A DNA stretch of 63,786 nt, filler included, from Craspedostauros australis (GCA_030167865.1; 5 parts of 5 records of this genome joined end to end with filler, not necessarily neighbours in it); one strand, 5' to 3'; counted from the first letter of the whole stretch, positions 12,037 to 23,483 are shown. Notes: generated by a model not told the origin, from the letters alone. Translations and numbers: made by a program.

Positions 12037-12402
12037 ATGGTGACGACTGACGACAACACGACGAACTACGGTGCCACCATCGAGAATGGCGCCGAGGAGC
12101 AGGACGGGCTCATGAAGAAGCAATCCACGAGCAACGACAATACCGACAGCATATCGGCATCGCGCTGCCTTTCCGCGGCCATCCCCATGCTGCTGGGTGC
12201 CATCCTCATCTACTACCTCGTCACGTACTGTATCCATTACGTGTTTGGCGGTGATGCAGACACATCGCCATCGACGACCATCTATCATCACGATACGTCG
12301 CCCACCGTGTGCACGGCCTACGATGGTTGTCAGGCGCTCGAAGGCGATTGCTGTCCCACGGCCGCCGGCACCTTTTTGGATTGTTGCGAGTCGCCATTGT
12401 GA
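12037..12402 (+). CDS. Small single-pass membrane protein with a C-terminal six-cysteine motif
   Basis: 121 aa; ATG preceded by a (CAA)n leader like other genes here; TM AIPMLLGAILIYYLVTYCIHYVF; C-terminus CTAYDGCQALEGDCCPTAAGTFLDCC. Confidence 0.75.
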   Translation: MVTTDDNTTNYGATIENGAEEQDGLMKKQSTSNDNTDSISASRCLSAAIPMLLGAILIYYLVTYCIHYVFGGDADTSPSTTIYHHDTSPTVCTAYDGCQALEGDCCPTAAGTFLDCCESPL

Positions 12403-12677
12403 GGGAGGTCTTGTGGCAGATGGAGCACTGGGCAGTCAATCATGGATCAGTCAATCATGGCGCAAGTGGAGATGGAGACATTCATGCGTGCTCTATCTCT
12501 GTCCAGAGCGTATCGATTCCATCAAAAATGAATCCACTGCAGAGTCGACAGGACACTTCTCTCTCAAGTACATACTCGTAGAGTTAATGAGGAAGTAAAG
12601 GATTACTCTAATGTATCTGCTACATGAGTATCTATCGATCCATCCATGTGTTATGCATGCACGTAGTTATAGTATTT

Positions 12678-15600
12678 CTATGAATCCCGCTTCTTCGCCG
12701 GCCGCACGGTGCCTTTCGACTTGCCGTGCAACGCCGTCTCCCAATGATCGCCGCGATTGTATTTGCGCAGGTACACGAAGATCACGTTGCTGCCCGATTC
12801 TTGTCCCAAGTTCCACGACGATTTCGAGATGTCGACGGGACCGAACGTGTTCTCGTCGATGAACCACTTCGAGCTGCCGGCCAAACCCAGCTGCAGATGC
12901 GTCTTGGTGATGTTGCACGACAGCTCGCTCGTGGATTTCACGAAGGAAGGCGCGCCGATGTAGATCGTGATGTCCTTGTCGGTCTGCTCGAATTCGTAGA
13001 TCTTGCGACCCTTGGCTTCGAACACCATGCGGCCTGTGCGCGTGTCGTGTCGCACGCTGGTGGCGCGGGACGCCCTCGATCGCGCGCTCGCGACGGAGGC
13101 GCCGCCGCTGCTGTGGTTGGATTTGTTCGTGCGGCCGGCCTTGTCGCGTCGTCCCGTCGTCGGCGGTCGGCCTTCCGTGCTGGATCGTTGCGACGACTTG
13201 TTTATGCGCGCATCGTTCTTGGATCGGTAGCCCTTCTCGGACCGGCCATCGCGCGACCTGCCGGACGTGCTGCGGTCGTCGCGATTTCGCATGGTCGGCT
13301 TCTTGCCGCGCTTGCTGCCTGGTGACATGTCGCTGCGGTTCGTGCGGCTGCGGTTGTCGTCGTGGTTGCTGTCGTAGTACTGGTTGCTGGTGTGGTTGGA
13401 ACGCACGCTCTGGGTGCGGGAGAAGCTGCCGCGCTTCGCGTGCTCCTCCGGGTCCATGCTGCGAGATCTCGTCACGCCGCGCTTGGGATCCTGCCGGATC
13501 TCCTCCAGCTGGCCCAGCTGATTCACGCGTGCCGACGGCGTGTCCATGAGGCTGGAGCTGCGGCTCGGCGTGCCGCCGCGTCTGCGATCTCCTGACGACG
13601 TCGAGGCAGAGGAGGAGTAGCGCTCCGCGTCGTAGCTGCGCGTACGGTTCACACCTCTGCCGTTCTCGCCGGCACGGTTGCGCGAGCCATCACTGCGGCT
13701 ACCGAAGAAGTCGGCGTCCATGCTCTTGGTGCGTCCCACACCCTTGTCGCGCCGTCGATCGTCGTGCCTGGAGGCATCGCGACTGCTGCTGCGGGCATCG
13801 CGTCGCACATTCTCGGCGTCCATGCTCTTGGATCGTCCGATGCCGCGCCCGTTCTCGCCGGATCTGTTTCGCGCTGTTTCGTTGCGGCGACCTCCGCGTC
13901 TGCCGGAGGCTGTGCTGCGGTTGTCAAAGAAGTTGTCGTCCATGCTCTTCGCCCTGCTCATACCACGGCCCTTGTCACCAGCACGGTTGCGTTCTGGATC
14001 GTAGGGTGCGCTGGCGACGGATGAGAGACTGGGGCGGCGCTTGGGTTTCGTCGGTGTTCCACGGCCGTTGCGGCTTGCCGGTTCCCTGCTGCTGGATCGG
14101 CTTTGACCGTGATCGGACTCGGACGTTCTGCGGAAGTTATCGAAGGATGACGATCGGCGTATGCCACGCGAGGGCTTGCTGCTGACTTCGCGCGATGAGG
14201 ATCGCTGACTCTTTTGCTTGTCATCGTCGTCGTGATCCTGATCAGAGCTGCGTGCCGATGTATCATCTTCTTCCTTTTCGGAGCCATCGAAGAGTGCTTT
14301 GGCGGATTTGCCACCGGCCACGAATTCGGACCACGATGGCATGCGGCTGGGCTTCCTGTCGTCGTTGTTGCCGAGAGATCCGGAATTGGATCGTTTCAGT
14401 TTGGCTGGAGAATCCGGGACGCGATCCTTGTCATGGTTGCTGCCGCTGCTGCTGTTGCTGTCGTCCTTGTCTTTATCCTCGGATGGTTTGTCGTCATCCG
14501 TATTCCCCTTGCTCTGCTCCAGATCCGGAGCACTCTCAGGAGCCTTGTCGCTGTCACCTTTCTTGGCATCACCATCTTTCTTTTTCTTCTTCTTCTTGCT
14601 GCCGCCATTCTTCTTACCACCGCTCTTCTTGCCTCCTTTCTTGCCGCCCTTCTTCTTGGACCGTTTCTTCTCGGGCGGTTCAGTACTTTCGCTGCTGGTG
14701 CGCTCCGAGCCATCCATTTCCTTCTTCTTGCTGGTATCCTTGTTGGACGCCGAATGTTCATCATCGAACTTCTCGGCCGGCCGAAGACGATCGCTGCTCT
14801 TGCTGCGACGTGCACGACGTCTGCGATCGCTAGATGCGACCGTGACATCATCGCGGCGACGCTCTTCATCGTCGTCGTCGGCTATATCGTGCTGCGAGGA
14901 TGATGGTCGTCGTGATTTATCTCTGGATTTTGATCGCTTCTTTTTCTTCTTCTTCTTAATGCGCTTGCGTTCGAAACGATTGTTGTTGCCGACGAGCAGG
15001 AAATCCGTGGCGAATCGATAGAGGAGATAGAGCGTGGAGATGGCCAGGACGATGGCGCAGACGATGACGATGATATCGTCCTGCGATGTGCCGCCCGATG
15101 ACGACGACGACGAAGGAGTATCACCCGAATCAACCGGATCACCGCCTTGCACGATCTTCGTGATGGACGTGGTGACGCCAAAGAGGGAGCTGAAGATAGC
15201 GCCAAAGTCCGTGCCGTCCCGATTGACGGGTCCCGGCAGATAATGATTGCGCGCCAGCTGATCGAGGAGCTCGCTCTCGTAGGTTTGGAACGCGCTCTGG
15301 AGGGAGGCGACGTAAGCGTCAAAGGTGGAATTGTCGCCAACCCCCGTGATGAGCGTGGCGAGCTGCAGGACGGCCGTGGGACGATCATCCGCTTGCAAGC
15401 CACGCAGCCGTCGCCGGCCCGTCGTGATTTGCGATTCGATGCGCACGTCGTAGACGACGGGGCCCGCGATTTGTTGAAAGAACTGCGCGAGGGTATCTTC
15501 GACGTACATGCGCTGGATGGGATTGAGGATGGTCGACGACGGCACGCCCTTGCAGGCCAACGTGAAGGATTGCGAGAGCGGGACCGTCGTGGGCAGGTAG

Positions 15601-16856
15601 ATGACGCCGTGGTTGGAACGGAGGCGCGTTTGCGTGAGTTGCAGGTTGGTCGTCAAGGCCTTGAGGATCTCTAGTTCTAGCGTCTTGCTGTTGAGCAGTC
15701 CCGGAATGTGGGTGAAGGTCATGGCGACATCTATGACTTGACAGCCATTCGCGAAGAATGCCTGAAAGGCGCTGTCGCAGACGTTGTTGGTCGCCTTGTA
15801 GGTGGATTGCACGGAGTCGAGCTTGAGCTGAATGTGCTTTGAATCGGTGAAGGCCTTGAGCTGCACGTCGCTGTCGAAGATGGTGGTCGAGATGGCGTCG
15901 AAGATGGCCTGATCTATATCGGGCAGCATGGCGTTGGTGTCGACGCCGAAGGTCTGTCCCGCCCACAGCGTCTCCGTGAGTTGCGACACTGTCGCCGGCA
16001 AGGGACAATCGGCATCCCAGGCCGCAAAGATGGTGCCCTGAAAGACGGACCTTGGCAGGATCGTCATGCGCTCCAGATCGGGCTGATCGAGTCGGCGCGC
16101 CGCGCTGTCGAGACGACGATTGGCCGTCGTGGCCGCACCGACGTAGAGTTCTAGCTCCTCGCTCGTCTGCCACAGCGATCCCGTGTTGATCGTGTCCTGG
16201 ACCGGTGGTCGGTAGACGGACAGCGACTCCGGGTTGATGGTGGGCGTGTAGATCTGCACGTAGAGGGTCTTGCGCTGGCCGCGCTGGATGGTGAGGCGGT
16301 TGGCCTTGTCGGTGAGGTGGACGGACGCGATGAGACCCTTGCGCGTGTTGGATGGATTGAGGACGATGGGCGAGGCCGTGTGCTGCTGCCATGCGTCTAG
16401 GTTGGAGAGGGTGGCGTCGAAGACGAGGGAGCCGCTGCTGGTGGTCTCGTCGACGACGAACTCGTCGATGCTGTAGAGCTCGACCTGGATGGGGAGGTCG
16501 TTGAAGTAGGGGAACTGCAGCGAGGTGATGGAGATGTCCCTCTTGGCGCGCACTCCGAAGTAGATGCCCGTGGCCGCCGTCGCGGATGCCGCGTCCGCCT
16601 CCAGGCTGGTTGTGTTGAAGGCCTTGGCGAACTTGCACTGGTCGTTGCTGTCGGCGTCGGCGGCCGTGCGGGCTAGTTCGACGTCCGGATGCTGCTGCTC
16701 GTTCGTGAACTCGGCAGCCAATGAGCGTCCATTCATTTGATGGTGAATGTCATGGTTAATGTCATGGCTTTGCATTGAATGCAACTGTTCTTGCTCCTGT
16801 CGCTGGTGCTGCTGATGTTGCTCCATGTTGCGGAGATGGGATGAATGCGATGCCAT
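12678..16856 (-). CDS. Single-pass membrane protein: beta-rich ectodomain, TM, long Arg/Ser-rich disordered tail, C-terminal CS (NudC/p23-like) domain
   Basis: 1392-aa ORF. TM IIVIVCAIVLAISTLYLLYRFA is followed by poly-Lys. The C-terminal IYEFEQT..ITIYI...LSCNITKTHLQLGL...GPVDISKSSW...YLRK...GDHW matches CS domains. No clear signal peptide, so a 5' exon may be missing. Confidence 0.8.
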   Translation of the reverse strand: MASHSSHLRNMEQHQQHQRQEQEQLHSMQSHDINHDIHHQMNGRSLAAEFTNEQQHPDVELARTAADADSNDQCKFAKAFNTTSLEADAASATAATGIYFGVRAKRDISITSLQFPYFNDLPIQVELYSIDEFVVDETTSSGSLVFDATLSNLDAWQQHTASPIVLNPSNTRKGLIASVHLTDKANRLTIQRGQRKTLYVQIYTPTINPESLSVYRPPVQDTINTGSLWQTSEELELYVGAATTANRRLDSAARRLDQPDLERMTILPRSVFQGTIFAAWDADCPLPATVSQLTETLWAGQTFGVDTNAMLPDIDQAIFDAISTTIFDSDVQLKAFTDSKHIQLKLDSVQSTYKATNNVCDSAFQAFFANGCQVIDVAMTFTHIPGLLNSKTLELEILKALTTNLQLTQTRLRSNHGVIYLPTTVPLSQSFTLACKGVPSSTILNPIQRMYVEDTLAQFFQQIAGPVVYDVRIESQITTGRRRLRGLQADDRPTAVLQLATLITGVGDNSTFDAYVASLQSAFQTYESELLDQLARNHYLPGPVNRDGTDFGAIFSSLFGVTTSITKIVQGGDPVDSGDTPSSSSSSGGTSQDDIIVIVCAIVLAISTLYLLYRFATDFLLVGNNNRFERKRIKKKKKKKRSKSRDKSRRPSSSQHDIADDDDEERRRDDVTVASSDRRRRARRSKSSDRLRPAEKFDDEHSASNKDTSKKKEMDGSERTSSESTEPPEKKRSKKKGGKKGGKKSGGKKNGGSKKKKKKKDGDAKKGDSDKAPESAPDLEQSKGNTDDDKPSEDKDKDDSNSSSGSNHDKDRVPDSPAKLKRSNSGSLGNNDDRKPSRMPSWSEFVAGGKSAKALFDGSEKEEDDTSARSSDQDHDDDDKQKSQRSSSREVSSKPSRGIRRSSSFDNFRRTSESDHGQSRSSSREPASRNGRGTPTKPKRRPSLSSVASAPYDPERNRAGDKGRGMSRAKSMDDNFFDNRSTASGRRGGRRNETARNRSGENGRGIGRSKSMDAENVRRDARSSSRDASRHDDRRRDKGVGRTKSMDADFFGSRSDGSRNRAGENGRGVNRTRSYDAERYSSSASTSSGDRRRGGTPSRSSSLMDTPSARVNQLGQLEEIRQDPKRGVTRSRSMDPEEHAKRGSFSRTQSVRSNHTSNQYYDSNHDDNRSRTNRSDMSPGSKRGKKPTMRNRDDRSTSGRSRDGRSEKGYRSKNDARINKSSQRSSTEGRPPTTGRRDKAGRTNKSNHSSGGASVASARSRASRATSVRHDTRTGRMVFEAKGRKIYEFEQTDKDITIYIGAPSFVKSTSELSCNITKTHLQLGLAGSSKWFIDENTFGPVDISKSSWNLGQESGSNVIFVYLRKYNRGDHWETALHGKSKGTVRPAKKRDS

Positions 16857-17341
16857 CCTGGGATGCCTCCAGCTGCTCTACCCTTCACCCTTGATTATGG
16901 AATATTCTATGATGTATATAGTCTGCCTTTCCCACAGAGAAGAAGCTGTTTAACGATAGCTTTGACTGTAGCTGTAGCTGTGGCTGGTGATGACCGAACG
17001 CCGCTTCGCAGACGTAACTTCCGATGCTCTCTTCGTTGTTGATGAGAGCAGATGGTGGTTCCACCAATTGTTGGTGTTGTATTGGTGGAGTGTCGGTCGT
17101 TGACACCCTAACGAGATCAGAAGCGCCTTGTGCGTCTGGGATGGAGACGCAGACACAGAAGCACACAAGTTCACAGGCAGAGGGAGAGAGGTCTGCAGTC
17201 GCAGATCGTATTCCCCCAAGCTCCAGCTGGTAGCCGTACTGCTGTCTTGTGGCTTTCTGTCCTCTGGTAGATCGTATGCTAATAGTCGTGCGACCGGCTG
17301 ATACAAAAGACACTCCTTTCCTTTCCTTCCTTTCTCTTCTC

Positions 17342-17366
17342 TTGTCTTGTCTTGTCTTGTCTTGTG
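17342..17366. repeat. (TTGTC)n microsatellite
   Basis: About five tandem TTGTC units read directly. Confidence 0.85.
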
Positions 17367-18744
17367 TTGACCGGCGATGCTCCGTGTGATCGGGCACCTC
17401 CCTGTTCGATGCCACCTTTGCTTCGTTGCGATCCAACCTCTGACTTCAGCTCCTGTCCACACTTTGGAGGCGTGCAGGCACGTCACGGATGTTCACTCTC
17501 TGCTTTGATTCCTTTCGTCTTTCTTGGCTCTTGTGCCTCTGCTTGTGTTGTGCTTGTTCGTTGGTCGCTGTGTCTCCCTCTCTTGGTGCCAACTTTCGCA
17601 CCTTCACTTTGGCGCGCTTCCTGCTTTGTTTGTTTCCTTGTTTGTTTCCTTGTTTGTTTCGGGTGTCTTGGTCCTGTGATCGTTGCCGCTTTTGGTTGCG
17701 ACGCGGTGCAGCGCGGTAAAGTTCAGCGTGTTTATCGCCGTTCGTCACCGCCAAAAAGCAAATCACAGTCGCAACTGTGCCTCGCTGTGTCACTCCCTAT
17801 GACCATATCCATAATTGCACGCTTCCCTGTGGCCACACGCTTTATCAATCAATCAACACAATTAACGTTGCAACCATGCCACCGACGCGGTTGGGACAGA
17901 CATTCGGAAAAAAGGGCACACCCATTCCGCTTTTTCATGCAAATAATGATATTTTCCACATTCTGCTACTTCGAAAACCGATTTCTTATTCCTCTGGGAC
18001 TTTGATGTTCGTGGATGCATACTGTATATTTATTTATGTTTACCGCAACTTTCCATACACGTTCAGAACTTCAGAAGTACCCGATCTCACCCAATGAAAG
18101 CTCGAAACCGCACACTGCGACATGATACATGTCGTAGTGCGATATTATTCGCTTTCAACAACGACCACGCCAAAACAGCCAAGCAGAACGCAAACGGAAG
18201 TTGACCATGGCGCAATTTTTCCAAATCCAACGTCGGTTCGTCTGTTGTTGGTTCCGTTGATTCTGTTGGTGGCAAGGTGTGCATCATGATGCGACTGCTG
18301 CCGAGCGCAGCCGTTACCTATCATTGCACAATTGCAGAGTTCCACTTCGTCCATCCACATCTCAAGCGTATCATCGTTGCCAAGCGCATACTCCGCTCGA
18401 CAGCAATCTGCATCACACACACAACAGCGGTAGCGACAGCAATCTCAACGCAAGCATCCCACTCGCACTCCTTCATTGGGCTTCGCGGGCAACAAGATAC
18501 GCGAACGCTCTGGATCTTCTTCCGATTTCATCCAACGATCCAACGATCGATCCAAACGAACACTCAGTATCCGCATCCGCAGACTCTCAGATCGCAGCAC
18601 TCAACACTCAACATACGGCAGAGGACAGGATCATCGTACTTGTAGTCAACGCACCACCACGCATTACTACACACCACTGCATATTACTATACATTACCGT
18701 TATATTGTATAATAGCATAGCATATATCATACGCACCCGCACAG

Positions 18745-19908
18745 ATGATAGAAACGGCACCAGAATCCATGTCCGGAGCGCTGCACAGCGTGCTGCAGCG
18801 AGGACTGGAGGAGCTCAGCGCGGCCAACGCAGCCAGCACCCCCAACGCGACCTACGCGGATGACGACGCCAACGCAACGGCCGCCGAGGCCTTCGGCAAC
18901 GCCACCTTCCACGGCATGGACGATGGAACGAGCACCGCCGGAGAAACCACCTTCGAGAAGGTCTTCGACATCGTCCTGGGGATCGCCTTCCTCACCACGG
19001 CCGTCTTCGCGGCCAAGCGCACCCTCTTCACGCGCCGGGCGGGCGGGGCCGAGACCACCGTAGTCACCGCCTTCTACTCCCTCATCTTCCTCACCAGCGT
19101 CCTCAGGGCCATCTGGTTCTTCATCCCATCCAACAACGGCATGTTCACGGCAAGGGCCTCGTCCTACACCCCCGTGGCCTACTTCGCCTGGGAGGACGGC
19201 ACCCCCTGGCTGGGGGCGGCCATCTCAGAGATGCTCCTCACGGCCGGATCCCTGGCGCTCTTCTCCATCTTCCTCCTCATCCTCGTCTACTGGGCCGACA
19301 TCCTCAAGAAGTACTTCCACCCCGGCGCCAGCCGGTCCATCCCCATGGCCACCTTCCTGGGACTCGTCGCCCTCCTCATCGGCATCGAGCTGCTCAACGT
19401 CGTGGGATTCCTCCTCAAGCTCTACACCACCGAGGGAATGATCCTCGTCAACTCCTGCCTCCTCGCTACCGTCAGCATCATCTGCGTCTGCGAGATCACC
19501 ATCTTCTCCCACCGCTTCCGCAGCGTCCTGCGCACCCTCGGCGCCATCAACCAGGTATCCACCGAATCACAAGTCACGCGCATCGTCTACATCACCGTCA
19601 CGGGAAACCTCTTCTTCGTCACGCGCGCCTTGCTCGAGACCATGCTCTGCGCCTGGCTCGTCATGTACTGGAAGCAGGAACACACGGTCGCCAAGGTATT
19701 CACGCACAAATGGTGGGACACGTACGTCCTGGCCAAATTCCTGTCGGAAGTCACCATCCTGGCCCTCATGCTCTACATCCTGCAATCCAGATTCGCCACG
19801 CAGCAGGTGTCGCGCATTTCCAATGAGGTAGACGACAAGGATCGTCCCGCCGGGTACGTCAACGTGCCCAACGCCGAACCCAAGGAGGAGACCGCCGTTT
19901 TGGTCTAG
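18745..19908 (+). CDS. THH1/TOM1/GPR137-like 7-TM membrane protein
   Basis: 387 aa, strong C-ending codon bias, seven hydrophobic segments, LRAIWFF and LFSIFLLILVYWA motifs, N-terminal NxS/T sequons. Confidence 0.72.
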   Translation: MIETAPESMSGALHSVLQRGLEELSAANAASTPNATYADDDANATAAEAFGNATFHGMDDGTSTAGETTFEKVFDIVLGIAFLTTAVFAAKRTLFTRRAGGAETTVVTAFYSLIFLTSVLRAIWFFIPSNNGMFTARASSYTPVAYFAWEDGTPWLGAAISEMLLTAGSLALFSIFLLILVYWADILKKYFHPGASRSIPMATFLGLVALLIGIELLNVVGFLLKLYTTEGMILVNSCLLATVSIICVCEITIFSHRFRSVLRTLGAINQVSTESQVTRIVYITVTGNLFFVTRALLETMLCAWLVMYWKQEHTVAKVFTHKWWDTYVLAKFLSEVTILALMLYILQSRFATQQVSRISNEVDDKDRPAGYVNVPNAEPKEETAVLV

Positions 19909-20317
19909 GTCTTGTCCGCGTATCAAATATCAAATCAATTCTGTTGTGCCCATGACTATGGTGTTATACGAAGTAAACCAAGACAATCATGTCATTATGA
20001 AATCGAATATAATATAATGCATTGAATGTAGGTAAGTAGTCAACGAAGGTCGATTGCAAAGTAATGGTGGTATTACGGACTGTTCTATTCCTGGTCTTAG
20101 CAGTAGTCCAATAGTATTCTAGAATAGCATGGAAAGCAACAAAACGAGTGCCGAAATGGAGTGTAAAACAATCCAAGTGGAGGAGAATGAATGGTGTGCA
20201 TTCAACTAACTAACTAACTAAGTATAATAGCTAGCCATCCATCCAGCCATCCAACACGCCCCACTCATGAATTTGCACAACGCCCGATCGCACATAGAAA
20301 TGGCTGAAAAGAACCAT

Positions 20318-20863
20318 CTATTTCTGATACAGCGGCACATACTCCACGACCCCCGTCTTGTTGTTGACGCGCGTCTTCTTGATCTGCCGCAACTGCCGCT
20401 TCGACATGGCGCGGATCTTGATGCCGGCCGTCGTCGTGTTGAGGGCCGATGCCGATTTGGAGGCCTGATCGAATTCATTCTGCATGCGGCGTCGTTCATT
20501 GTCCAGCCGCCGTTCCCGTTTGGCCACCTTGGCATCGCGCCGCTGTTCCTGCAATTCACGTTGCAATGTCTTGATCTCGTCATTGCGCAACTTCGCGGCT
20601 TGTCGTTCGTGCCATGATTTCGTGGCGTTGTTCGTTTTCGTCTTGATCAACGATGTGGCACGCTTTTGGGGTCGCATCTTCCAGGCACGGCCCGAGGCGT
20701 TGCGGCCTTGGAAGGCAGCGGCAGCGCCCGTGGATTTGTGCTTGTTGGCCAAGATGGTGACGACGTCGCCACCCGGCATCTTGGAGGCGGGGTCCAGCGG
20801 GATGGCGAGCTGGTCGGCGGGGATCGGGGTCGTCGTCGAAGATGACGCGGTCGTTTTCGCCAT
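20318..20863 (-). CDS. CGR1: Cgr1/CCDC86-like 60S ribosome biogenesis protein
   Basis: SGRAWK...KSWHERQ, basic coiled coil ending RRRMQNE, and KIRAMSKRQLRQI; ATG at 20863. Confidence 0.82.
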   Translation of the reverse strand: MAKTTASSSTTTPIPADQLAIPLDPASKMPGGDVVTILANKHKSTGAAAAFQGRNASGRAWKMRPQKRATSLIKTKTNNATKSWHERQAAKLRNDEIKTLQRELQEQRRDAKVAKRERRLDNERRRMQNEFDQASKSASALNTTTAGIKIRAMSKRQLRQIKKTRVNNKTGVVEYVPLYQK

Positions 20864-20910
20864 TGTCGTCTTCTTTTGTTGCAATGCTTCCAATCAAGAT
20901 TCTGTTTGTC

Positions 20911-20936
20911 TGGATGGATGGATGGATGGATGGATG
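20911..20936. repeat. (GATG)n microsatellite upstream of Cgr1
   Basis: About six tandem TGGA units. Confidence 0.85.
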
Positions 20937-21752
20937 GCTCAATCCGATTTGTTCTCTTGGTCTGCCTTCTTCTTCACTTGGGTTGCATCCACTCTCTTGG
21001 TTTCTTTCTTCCTCTTGGCTTCTTTGTTTCCTTCCTCACGCATCTCATCTTCGGACAACATCGTCAACATCATCCGCGACCGCCGACAAGAACGAACGGC
21101 GCCATGGTCAACTTCGTTTCCACACGCAGCATTTTTTTCGTTGGTGTTGACCAATACTGACACAGGACAGACGAAGATGCCACGTCATACAGGACACGAA
21201 GCACTTAAGTCAATCGTATCAAACCATGGTGCGGCTCGCGAATAGCATCTGTCGGTCACGCTGACGTCAGCAGGTTTCGTGGTGTCTTTTCGATTCTGTC
21301 GACGATGCGAACAACCTGCGCTGCATTGTCATGGTCGGCAACGAGAGCGTCACAACGGAGAATACGAACAATCCGTCGCAACGATCCGACCAGGAGGCCC
21401 CATCACAGCAGCTGCCTCTCTTGACAGCGTTCTCTTGATTCGAGGTCGTTGAAGTCTCTCCTGTTGGCGTCTCCGAGCATACCTTGCAACAGAGTAGAGC
21501 AAAGTGGATTGCACCATAATGCTCGCACGACTCTGCATATTCAACGTCGCCGACTACCAGCGCAGCACAACACAATCAGACAGCACTTGCATACCGATTG
21601 CTCGCAAGAGATTCGCGGTCTCTCTCTCTCTTTGCAGGAAGGGAGCGGAGTGCTCCATCATAGTGCAAGGCTCAACCCTACATTCAGCACTCGGCCCGTC
21701 TCTCGCTCTCTCCAGAGGCTCTCTCCTCAATTCGACAGCGGAAACGACAACA

Positions 21753-23021
21753 ATGACGCAAGACCAATCCCTGCGAGGCGCAACGCGCCACTTACAAGAA
21801 CTGCGACATCACAACAACAACAGCGACGACGATGACGACGGTCCCTTCGATTTCTCGTCCGCCATGCTCTTCGTTCTGCTGGGCATGATCTGGTTCGTCG
21901 TCATATGTCAGTTGGCCGCCATCTACCGACATCGATTGCGACATGAGGCGACCGAAGAATCGCGCCGACGTGAACGTGAAGAAGCGGCCGCGATGGAGTT
22001 GGTGCAACGCACATCGACGCATCGCAGGGCAGCGTTGCGCGCGTTATTTGCTTCGAAAGGGTTGCGGTTGGTGAGTCGGAACGGTGGCCGTGTTATGTTA
22101 TGTTATGTTGTATTATGAGTGGCGTTGACGATTGATGGATGGATAAGTTGGATGGATGAATATGTTGGAGTGTGCTTCAGCAAGGTTACGTGCAGAATGG
22201 CACCCCGCGTGTGTGATCAGCACAGTATTCGTACCAAGACAAACTCACCTCGTTTGTTCAAACCATGCACCCTTCTCCACATTGTTCAGATTGTCACGGA
22301 GGAGCATGTTGAGGAATGCAGGAAAGCATCCATGTCGCGATCGTTCCGAACATTGGATGCCACTGCCTCAGTTGACAAGCCAGACGCCGCAGTGGCTGGA
22401 CTACCAGAGGACATTGTGATCAGCATTGGCGAACACCAAAGCGATGACGATGATGCCCACGACGATGACGATATTGCAACACCACAGCAGGACGCATCTC
22501 ATGACACACAGACGCAAACAGAAACCACAGAACAAGTAGCAGAGACAACCACGCCGCCGCTTTCCAATCTCTCACAAGGCTGCGCCATTTGCATGGAAGA
22601 AGAGTACGACGTGGGCGACGCGCTCCTCATCTCACCCAACCAGAATTGCCGTCACATCTTCCACGAGGAATGCATCTTGGAATACCTCATCCAGCAAAGC
22701 TTGAAGCAAGATGAACGCACCGGTCGCGTCGCGGAAGTGGTCCTCGTCGAATCGGCGCCATGTCCCTACTGCCGTCAAGACTTTCTCTGTCTCAGCAAGA
22801 AAAAGAAGAAACGACGCAAGAAGAAACGCCTCGAGTCGCAGGCCACAACGTCCGTCACATCCGTCGAATCGCCCGGCGCATCGTCGCACGGCTTTTGTTT
22901 GCCCGCCGACGATGATCCCGAATCGAGTCCGGAAGAGAATGCGGAACAGCAGTCTCGGAACATTACGGAACCACCGGCGACACAGAACAACGAAGATACA
23001 TCCGAAACTCAGCACTGCTGA
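21753..23021 (+). CDS. Transmembrane RING-H2 E3 ubiquitin ligase (ATL/RNF-like); 2 exons (21753-22070, 22290-23021), 349 aa
   Basis: Phase-0 intron 22071-22289 (GTGAGT...TTCAG) joins a TM exon (AMLFVLLGMIWFVVICQLAAIY) to CAIC...CRHIFHEECI...CPYCRQ. Confidence 0.86.
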
Positions 23022-23483
23022 CACTGATCGTTCGCAGACAATCTGTGCAAACGTCAAACATGTGACAAGTATTCCGAATGAATGTCGATTGCGACTTGAC
23101 GACGTACTCGCAATCTATGTAGTAGGAGAAATTGTAACAAGTAATCTATTATACTATATACAACGACAGCATGCATGGACACTGGACCTGAGCGTACGAG
23201 AATGCTGTCCTCGCAGGTGTTGCGTGTCCGAGTTCTGCCCAGTGCCACCCCATCAAGCAAGCATTACAGACGAAACGGAATGTACCATTCAATACATGCA
23301 TGCTATATTTATTTCCATGGACCTTCAACACGAGCCAGATAGATTCAACTTCAGATCTCCTGCCGAGTGATGCCCCGACAACAGAGTTCTGTTCTGCCGA
23401 GCTCCTTGCCGCAAGGCCAATTCACTCCATCGATCAATGAGCCAGCCAATCCGAACTTTGTCTGACCCGTTCATTCAAAAAGT

